Below, piece by piece: positions 58,001 to 64,000 of a DNA stretch of 64,000 bases. The notes under the pieces are model-generated. The model did not search any database. It saw only the letters and a program-made list of their open reading frames with translations, and was not told where the DNA came from. Made by a program: the position numbers and the translations under genes. Each line of letters begins with the position of its first letter. The first letter of the stretch is position 1. This stretch comes from Rubripirellula sp. (GTDB lineage Bacteria > Planctomycetota > Planctomycetia > Pirellulales > Pirellulaceae). The stretch spans positions 4,192,001-4,256,000 of the forward strand of contig OZ244207.1 of assembly GCA_965216875.1 (NCBI GenBank), written 5' to 3'.

Positions 58001-58438
58001 CGCGAAGAGCGAGCTGGAAAGTTAAATGAGATGGCCGATTCGCTAAACAACGCCATGCGAGAAATGCTCGAACCGGAACTCGAACGATTGCGTCAACTCG
58101 AACAACAAGGTGCACAGCTCGCCGAACAGATGGATCAAGAAGGAAGCGCATCCGAAGGCGAGGTCGCCGAGTTTGCCGAAGACCTTCAAAAAGGCAAGTT
58201 CGAGGAGTCATCTGAGAAAATCATGCAGTCGCTGGCCAATGGCCCATCTGGTGACTCGGCGCTTCGTGAGAACTTGGGCGTGCGTGGAGCCGTGCGTTAT
58301 GCCAACGACGCGATCCGCGAACGCATCCGTGAACTGATTTTGCGTGAAGTCGAAGCGGACCGCGATGGTCCCGTCCCACCGGAATACCGCACCGCGGTTG
58401 ACGACTACTTCCGACGCGTGATTGATTTGGCCAAGTAG
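55043..58438 (+). CDS. DUF4175-like large membrane protein (TM, Ig-like domains, coiled coil)
   Basis: Three N-terminal TM segments, PEYTGL, VEDDYGL, YYAYAIDN, an acidic Q/D/P-rich linker (~57170-57400), C-terminal VPPEYRTAVDDYFR. Confidence 0.75.
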   Translation: MNALVTPHDVVLRFAKVRRAILTHRLLAAAICGVGSFATIVLMFATIDFFVEFAYSACLVGLGLSIIVAALTVGLLAYRAIRLGSTRRAAAEMEHHFATIGQRLRTTIDLAGRDGVDKLPLTTALATETLEKCDSVDLESIVPRKQTLWCAVAVVGIICLLFSPSLISSNWNTALARALGSDRPYTELSVQPGDLVVDEGTPVELKLKLTGRLDRDVALHVGIPGKADEPWQIVDLKRSEGDASNEAFYVGSLGPVKEARMYRFVTSAGQSDVHEINVRYPVRIEAIELTVKRPEYTGLDDRVYEKTDVTVLEGSEVVCRIRSQRPLDEVDVAFSPVGQWDPEKALPPETLDATKNEDGTQWVFRFTAGQDTRWVMRGADPAGTPMDPVNGQVRVKVDRPPKLRWSSPGDSLFVHTLAEVPMSVRVEDDYGLTEAAIRFEISGNDGYSLDAFDLSQVDPEAGPQPRKVLEQILPLEHFPLTEKDYVAYYAYAIDNRPGEPQYVESERRYIDIRQLKLDVLLPDEEQDNDGQAREALASLDELIGRQRYLINRTRTLRSMDEEELTEKLGLLDRHVSRQTDLADITRLVAERLQERGNDNLDAMFQAEGSMIQAADSLTLADFESALPQQEDAQRFLVEARTELERRLGNGGQRRSVAGQRNNMTMLRMVRQRLRREGENGEAAAARQLVARIRGVASSQLNIAAEMQSQSAGGSSSQEPDDADPTPDTQDSNQPDSNQDPQSQQDPESPPSDQASDESDPADSPGDGQDPDTNEAQEPEDPEETPAQTLAERQTELLDELNEIQDEIANMSWPSELVPDRADAAVEKMDDLTAEVSGSQPSADKVETESKQLAGALMELALNIELVNPPEPSGRLSGTRDLTASLAMLEQELAATARQANPDDDTDMEEEIEQQASDVRSRAETLEDVARAAADANDAGSEQFADAIAQWLAENPLLDTAGVSKEKAEELEQSDRKGGLAEETADEREERAGKLNEMADSLNNAMREMLEPELERLRQLEQQGAQLAEQMDQEGSASEGEVAEFAEDLQKGKFEESSEKIMQSLANGPSGDSALRENLGVRGAVRYANDAIRERIRELILREVEADRDGPVPPEYRTAVDDYFRRVIDLAK

Positions 58439-58443
58439 ACAAC

Positions 58444-60846
58444 ATGGACATGCAAACCAACTTTGCCTGGAACGCGCCACTACCAGCAATCTTGCTGGCA
58501 GCGATCTTGCTGTGCGTTGCGGCGGCCATCGTCTTGATTCATCTCTTTGGCAAGTCGCCGTATGGCGAACGCCCTCGAGGACTTCTCGCCTTGCGGTTTG
58601 TCGTCATCGTCTTGGTTGCGTTGATCCTGCTGGGGCCGACGCTGGTCAGCAAACAGATGGGAAAAGAACGGCGAAGCGAGTTGTTCTTTTTGGTCGACAC
58701 TTCACGCAGCATGGATGTTGGCGACGACAAGACGCGATTGCAGCAATCGGTCGACTTTGTTCGCGAGGGCTATCGCTTGGCTGGCGTCGAGGCGAGCCAA
58801 AACACCCAAGCGTTTCGTTTCGGACATCGCATCGCTCAGGTTGACGTCAACGATGGCGACTCAATCGCCGCCAAGGCGACCGACACACGCTTGGCCGATG
58901 GATTGCGTCAAGCGGCATCCCGTTTCGGTTCGACCAAACCGGCAGGCATCGTCGTTGTCAGCGATGGTCGCGTGCGTTCGGCCGAAGCCGTCGAACAAAT
59001 GGCCAAACGTTTGGGTGAAACCGACATTCCCATTCACGTTGTCCCCGTTGGTGTCGAGGGCAGTGGCGGTGACGTTGCCGTGATCTCGGCCGTTGTCCCA
59101 ACCCGTGTTCGCAAGTTTTCCGATTGCGAAGTCCAGGTCTTCATCCGCAGCTTCGGGATGTCTGGAAAGCGGACCGAGGTTCGTGTGATCAATGCCGATT
59201 CGGTCGTGAGTGATCCCGAACTTGCCACGATCGCAAAAGTGCCGCTCACTCTTGTCGGCGGCGCCCAAGCGGTCAGTTTGCCGGTGCACATGGACGATCG
59301 CGCCAAGAACATCAAAGTGATGATCGACCCGCTTGAAGACGAACTCTCGACAAGCAACAACACGGCCGGCGCTCAAATCGCAATCGACAACACCAAAATT
59401 CGCGTCCTCTATCTCGAGGGCGATCCAACCGTTCGCACCATCGCACGATTGCGGCAATCCATCTTTGGGCTTTCCACGCAACCGCCCGAATCGCCTGTCA
59501 AACGAGCACTTTCCGAAGATGAAGACATCGAGTGCATCGTTCTGACGCCGGACGGTGCGGGCCAATTGACGGCCGCTTCTCCGGGCACCAATCAGATCGC
59601 TCAGTTTCCAAAATCAAGGTCGACTCTGTTTGCCTTCGACTGCGTTGTGTTGAGTAACCTTTCACCCGACGCATTGACTCCGTCACAAGCAGAGCAGCTT
59701 GCCGACTGGGTGAGCGGTCGAGGCGGTGGCTTGGTGATTGCCGGAACCGACAGCCTTGACCCGATCGCCTGGGAACGTTCGGCGCTCAACGTGACGTTGC
59801 CAGTGACGCTGCCCACACGGCTCGATCGGATGATTGACCAACCGCTTGCATTGGAAGATGAGCAACACGCCATTTGGCGACTTTCGCGAGACGAGAAAAC
59901 CAATCAACGTCTGCTCGATCAGTTGCCTGAAATGCGCGAAGTCGGGATCGGACTTCAGGCCAAGCCGCTGGCAAAGATCATTGCCTCGAGCGGGAACGAG
60001 CGTTCGGTTGTCATGGTTGCCGGACGCTATGGCCGTGGTCGCGTGGTGGTTTCATCGACGGCACTTGCCGGTAGCGATGCATCGAAGTTGTTTGACAATT
60101 GGGGTGATACACCGGGTCAAGCGGCCGGCAAGTTCTGGCGCAACCTTGTCTACTGGGCAACCGAATCATCGTCAGTGGGTAGGCGACGATTGGTGGCATC
60201 GGCTGACAAGCGATTCTATCGACCGGGTGATGCGATCAAGTTGGTCGGCCGAGCGTATGACGAAACGGCTCGCACCACCAACAACTATCGCATTTGGTGC
60301 ATGCTCGAACCGCTCGACCTCAGTGACATGTCGCTTTACGGACCGGTGCTTTGGCCGGACGGTCAACCTCGCATCTCAGGCGAAACGGGCCCCCGAATCG
60401 CTTGGGGCGAAGAGTTTATGTTGCGACGATCGGCCCAAACCAACGAATACGAGTTGCCACTGTTGCTGAGCGAAAATGACTCGGGAAGCGATGGTGGATT
60501 CCGCGTCGAACTGACCGCCTTTGAAGGTGAAGAACCGAACGACGGATTCAGTCATGGAACGCAGGTCGACAGTACCTCGCTTGAAATCCGCGTGCTCAGC
60601 GACCCCTTCGAGATGCGGAACCCACTGCCCAATCACGATCTGCTTCGCCGCGTGGCGTCAGTGTCGGGGGGCGAAGTCCTCGAATCGCCCGAGGAGTTAG
60701 CAGACATTTTGAGCCGCCGCAGCGTTTCGCGCGAAGCTCCAACGGAATCACGTCAGCCGGCTTGGAGCCGGTGGTGGGTCCTGTGTGGCCTGATAGGACT
60801 GTTGTCGATCGACTGGATTTGGCGACGGCTGATTGGAATGGCGTGA
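58444..60846 (+). CDS. VWA + class I GATase-like (DUF1355-like) membrane protein
   Basis: LVDTSRSM, TRLADGL, VVSDGR, KIRVLYLEG, FDCVVLSN, GRYGRGRV, FWRNLVYW, C-terminal DWIWRRLIGM. Confidence 0.82.
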   Translation: MDMQTNFAWNAPLPAILLAAILLCVAAAIVLIHLFGKSPYGERPRGLLALRFVVIVLVALILLGPTLVSKQMGKERRSELFFLVDTSRSMDVGDDKTRLQQSVDFVREGYRLAGVEASQNTQAFRFGHRIAQVDVNDGDSIAAKATDTRLADGLRQAASRFGSTKPAGIVVVSDGRVRSAEAVEQMAKRLGETDIPIHVVPVGVEGSGGDVAVISAVVPTRVRKFSDCEVQVFIRSFGMSGKRTEVRVINADSVVSDPELATIAKVPLTLVGGAQAVSLPVHMDDRAKNIKVMIDPLEDELSTSNNTAGAQIAIDNTKIRVLYLEGDPTVRTIARLRQSIFGLSTQPPESPVKRALSEDEDIECIVLTPDGAGQLTAASPGTNQIAQFPKSRSTLFAFDCVVLSNLSPDALTPSQAEQLADWVSGRGGGLVIAGTDSLDPIAWERSALNVTLPVTLPTRLDRMIDQPLALEDEQHAIWRLSRDEKTNQRLLDQLPEMREVGIGLQAKPLAKIIASSGNERSVVMVAGRYGRGRVVVSSTALAGSDASKLFDNWGDTPGQAAGKFWRNLVYWATESSSVGRRRLVASADKRFYRPGDAIKLVGRAYDETARTTNNYRIWCMLEPLDLSDMSLYGPVLWPDGQPRISGETGPRIAWGEEFMLRRSAQTNEYELPLLLSENDSGSDGGFRVELTAFEGEEPNDGFSHGTQVDSTSLEIRVLSDPFEMRNPLPNHDLLRRVASVSGGEVLESPEELADILSRRSVSREAPTESRQPAWSRWWVLCGLIGLLSIDWIWRRLIGMA

Positions 60847-60860
60847 GAGATATTTGCAGT

Positions 60861-60909
60861 TTGACAATCGATGGCCCAACGGCCAAAATGGTTTCAGACG
60901 TGATGTCTA
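60861..60909 (+). promoter_or_regulatory. Sigma70-like promoter of blaI with a palindromic operator (putative BlaI site 2)
   Basis: TTGACA (60861)-N17-CAAAAT (60884). CAGACG-TGA-TGTCTA at 60895-60909 covers the predicted transcription start. Confidence 0.7.
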
Positions 60910-61005
60910 TGGGGATGCAAAGCATCGACACGTTTTGCGGGGTGGGCAAACCGTTGTTGACTTCATTTTCCGCGCAAACCCTTTTACGAATGCGAGGCGG
61001 CCACG

Positions 61006-61413
61006 ATGCCGCGAAAACCACAAGACGTAACTGACGCAGAACTGGCCGTTCTGGAACATCTTTGGCAAACGGGCGGATCGACCGTTCGTTTGCTGGCCGA
61101 AAACCTATACGGATCCTCGACAGCTTCGGATTTAGCAACCATCCAGAAGCTGCTCGAACGTCTGGAAGCGAAAAAATGCGTCTCGCGAGACCGAGACCAA
61201 TGGCCCCACCGATTTGAAGCCATCATCCAGCGAAGTGACTTGATCGAGCGACGCTTGCAAGACACCGCGGACGAGCTTTGTGGCGGATCTTTGAGCCCGT
61301 TGCTGACGCATCTGGTAAAGTCAGAGAAATTGGGGCCTGGCGAACGTGATCAATTGCGTGACCTGCTCACCGATTTGAGCAAAGAACCGCGACGCGGCAA
61401 AAAGCGATCGTAA
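61006..61413 (+). CDS. BlaI/MecI/CopY family transcriptional repressor
   Basis: TDAELAVLEHLW, ATIQKLLERLEAKKCVSRDR, ADELCGGSLSPLLTHLV. Confidence 0.93.
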   Translation: MPRKPQDVTDAELAVLEHLWQTGGSTVRLLAENLYGSSTASDLATIQKLLERLEAKKCVSRDRDQWPHRFEAIIQRSDLIERRLQDTADELCGGSLSPLLTHLVKSEKLGPGERDQLRDLLTDLSKEPRRGKKRS

Positions 61414-61423
61414 CGTTAGGTAG

Positions 61424-63352
61424 ATGCCGATGAACGCAATCATCGCAGTGTTACTACTCAACGCTGTCCTCGTCGTTCCCATCGCCATTTTGGCTTGGGT
61501 CACGATGCGATTGTTTCGGCGTCCCGCGATCGCCCACGCCTTGTGGGTATTGGCTCTCGTCAAACTGCTCACGCCGCCCCTGGTGTCGCCTGAGTGGATT
61601 GTCGACCCACAAACCTACCCAACGCTCGCCGCGATTCTGCCGAGCGCCCATCCGGTCGATCGACCGGCAGGCACCGATGCCCCCGTGGTGATCCCCGCAC
61701 CGTCGCAAGATGTCGGTGAGCTGGGCAGCGGCAAGAACGCCACGTTGATCCAACGATTCGAATCGTCACCCTCCACCTTGGTGACTCCCGCCGCATGGTC
61801 GGTTGTCGGACTCATTTGGATCACGGGAAGCTTGGTCTGCCTCGGGTTGTTCCTTCGACGAATCGGCTTGGTCGGTCGATTGATTCGTTCAAGCGGCCAT
61901 CACGACTCGCGGGCCAGCGCGATGGCGGAGTCACTCTTTGGCGTGAGCCTGCGAACACCTCCGCGCGTGATTCTGGTCGATGCAGTGATTTCGCCGACGT
62001 TGATCGGTGTTGGTCCGTGGACCAGCATCCTTTACCCACGCACACTGTGGGACGAGCTGCCAGGGCGTCAACGCGATGGTTTGCTCCTGCATGAATTGGA
62101 ACACTTTCGCCGCGGCGATCATTGGGTGCGTCTGCTTGAAGCTGCCGCTCGGATCGTCTTTTGGTGGCATCCGGTCATCTGGTGGGCGCGGCACCATATC
62201 GAGTTGACAGAAGAATCGTGCTGCGATGCCGTTGCCGCACGCGCAAGTGATGATGACATCTCGTATGCCGAAGCGCTGCTGACGACGCTCGATTTCATCA
62301 ACGATCCCCATTGGTCGCCAAGTGTCCCGCTCACGACCGGTGCGAGTGGTCGGCTGCCGATGATGGAACAACGGTTGCGACAGATCGTGCGTCATTCCAT
62401 CGCCGGGCGACTGTCGCATGCCACGCGTTTTGCACTCGTCGCGATCGCCCTCTTCGTCTTGCCGATTCAGCCGTTGCTATTGGGCGGACGCACAACCAGT
62501 TCGGTGTCGTTCACGCGTCCCCTGTCCGGCTTGCCGCTGGCTCAGCCCAAGACAATCACGTCGACTCCAATCGTTTCGATCACCGAACCGATTTATTCGG
62601 TCGAGGATTTGCCGCCAGCCCCCAAGGGATGGTGGAGTGAACAACCGGTTCCAGCCTGGGAACACAGCCCCATCGCCGATGACCCTGACGCGGCGCGATT
62701 GATTGTCGATGCAAGTGGCAAAATCCTGCTCAAGGGTGGCAACGTTGACGGGACCATTGACCTGAGTAGCCACCAAATCACCGCCGCCGCTTTTTGGCAG
62801 TCTTCAAAACGATTGATCACTGGCGACGCCAATGGCAACGTGCGGATGTGGGACGTGGCCTCAGGCGAGCCTGTCACGAAGTTCGGGAAACACCACACCG
62901 AAGTCACGAGCTTGGCCATCAGTGGCGACAACCAACTGATCACCGGCGGTCGCGATGGCACGTTGATTTCATGGGATTTGAACACGGGTGATTCACGGCA
63001 AACCTGGGCAACCAATGGTCGCCCGATTCAAAGCGTGCGACTCTTTGATCAAGGTCGAAAAATTGCCGTGATCGCGGGACAGTGGCAAACGTCGACTTCA
63101 CGCATCGTCATCCTCGATGCGAGCAACCTGGAAGCCATCTTTGATCGCGTGACCGACGGCGCGCTGGCAACATCGCGATTCGACGATGGCCAACTGACCT
63201 TCGTCGATTGGGCTGGCAACGTTTCACAGCTCGACGCGTTTGGTGATCTCGTCACGATCGGCCAGACTGCCAAAGGGCTCATTTCTGCTTACGTCTTTTC
63301 GCAAGACGCACGTGTCGAAATCACTCCTGACCAAAACGTCATTCGCTCTTAA
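61424..63352 (+). CDS. BlaR1-type M56 metallopeptidase with a C-terminal WD40 domain
   Basis: HALWVLALVKLLTPP, LLLHELEHFRRGDHW (HExxH), WWHPVIW...EESCCD, YAEALL; WD40 repeats ITGDANGNVRMWD and ITGGRDGTLISWD. Confidence 0.92.
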   Translation: MPMNAIIAVLLLNAVLVVPIAILAWVTMRLFRRPAIAHALWVLALVKLLTPPLVSPEWIVDPQTYPTLAAILPSAHPVDRPAGTDAPVVIPAPSQDVGELGSGKNATLIQRFESSPSTLVTPAAWSVVGLIWITGSLVCLGLFLRRIGLVGRLIRSSGHHDSRASAMAESLFGVSLRTPPRVILVDAVISPTLIGVGPWTSILYPRTLWDELPGRQRDGLLLHELEHFRRGDHWVRLLEAAARIVFWWHPVIWWARHHIELTEESCCDAVAARASDDDISYAEALLTTLDFINDPHWSPSVPLTTGASGRLPMMEQRLRQIVRHSIAGRLSHATRFALVAIALFVLPIQPLLLGGRTTSSVSFTRPLSGLPLAQPKTITSTPIVSITEPIYSVEDLPPAPKGWWSEQPVPAWEHSPIADDPDAARLIVDASGKILLKGGNVDGTIDLSSHQITAAAFWQSSKRLITGDANGNVRMWDVASGEPVTKFGKHHTEVTSLAISGDNQLITGGRDGTLISWDLNTGDSRQTWATNGRPIQSVRLFDQGRKIAVIAGQWQTSTSRIVILDASNLEAIFDRVTDGALATSRFDDGQLTFVDWAGNVSQLDAFGDLVTIGQTAKGLISAYVFSQDARVEITPDQNVIRS

Positions 63353-63405
63353 GGAACGTCGAAAGCAACCACATCGATTGTGACTGTCACTTCGTCGTCA
63401 ACAAC

Positions 63406-64000
63406 ATGAATCGGGCCCTTTCAAGATTCCGCTGCGCACTTGCGATCGTTTCCTCGGCACTGTTTTGCCTCGCGCTCTCACCGAGTGCCTGCGGACAAGC
63501 ACTCCTCGACACCGAAGCAACAGAGATCGCCACCACCGTCGCCGCCCCTGAAGTCGGGGACGCTTCACCAGTGGTTGCCGACGCTTCGCCACCGGTTGGG
63601 GACGTCAATGAACTTGATCCTGGTGACGCTCAGCCACCTGCTGCCGGCAAACGTTGGGCATTGATCCTATGTGGCCTACCGGGCGATGACGAGTTTCGCG
63701 AACAGATGGTCGAAGCCATCACAGGGCTCTATTCACTCAGCCCCGATCGGCTTGGCGTTTCGGCCGAACACCGATTCGTTTTGGCTGGCGACCAAGAGAT
63801 GGCCGAGGCGCTCGAACCGACAACCGGCCCCGTCGAAATCGCGTCGACCGAAGCAGCCATCGCACTTGCCGATCATGTCCGCGAGTCCATCACGCCCGAC
63901 GATTCGTTGTGGGTGATCGTGATCGGGCATACGGACATACAAGGGCGAGCGGCTCGCTGGAATGTCACTGGCACCGACCCCGACCAAAAAGCATTTGCCA
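63406..64000 (+). CDS. Secreted caspase/peptidase C13-fold-like protein (3'-truncated; not in the ORF track)
   Basis: Frame open from ATG 63406 to the window end: MNRALSRFRCALAIVSS...KRWALILCGLPGDDEF...ITPDDSLWVIVIGHTDIQGRAARWNVTGTD. Confidence 0.7.
   Translation, partial: MNRALSRFRCALAIVSSALFCLALSPSACGQALLDTEATEIATTVAAPEVGDASPVVADASPPVGDVNELDPGDAQPPAAGKRWALILCGLPGDDEFREQMVEAITGLYSLSPDRLGVSAEHRFVLAGDQEMAEALEPTTGPVEIASTEAAIALADHVRESITPDDSLWVIVIGHTDIQGRAARWNVTGTDPDQKAFA

Noticed and set aside
1..64000. tRNA, rRNA, IS/transposase or prophage genes
   Set aside because: No recognisable signatures were seen. A tRNAscan, Rfam or ISEScan run would be needed to exclude them formally.

Overview
This is a GC-rich bacterial chromosomal window, almost certainly from a Planctomycete of the Pirellulaceae. 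The assignment rests on the DUF1549/DUF1553 and DUF1501 proteins, an ASPIC/UnbV-TPR protein, the TIGR03545/03546 pair and Pirellulaceae-type GTAG REP elements. From left to right it holds: the 3' end of an NAD-dependent epimerase; a non-coding 3 x ~430 bp composite repeat array; a small accessory cluster (YfeS-like protein, Zn-ribbon/acyl-carrier hybrid, DUF2314); an ABC-2 permease; epmB-efp-mgtE; conserved hypotheticals; an ECF sigma factor with an EF-hand protein; hsp20; mcsA-mcsB; trpE; an ASPIC/UnbV protein; TIGR03546/03545; and a four-gene DNA-repair operon (AddB-like, AddA-like helicase with no nuclease domain, Mre11/SbcD-like YhaO, Rad50-like YhaN). These are followed by an SDR, an SppA-like protein that appears catalytically dead, a MacB-type permease, several exported hypotheticals and a LarA-like protein. 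The last >17 kb is a co-directional cluster: DUF1549/1553, DUF1501, EF-hand protein, MoxR, DUF58, BatA/VWA, DUF4175-like, VWA/GATase-like, BlaI, M56-WD40 and a caspase-fold protein running off the end. The most notable observation is that the same palindrome, CAGACG-N3-TGTCTA, overlaps sigma70-like promoters in front of both the DUF1549 operon and blaI, which suggests a BlaI/BlaR1-type regulon controlling a MoxR-VWA/DUF1501 envelope system. I saw no tRNA, rRNA, CRISPR array or transposase. All family calls come from recognising motifs by eye; no database searches were run.
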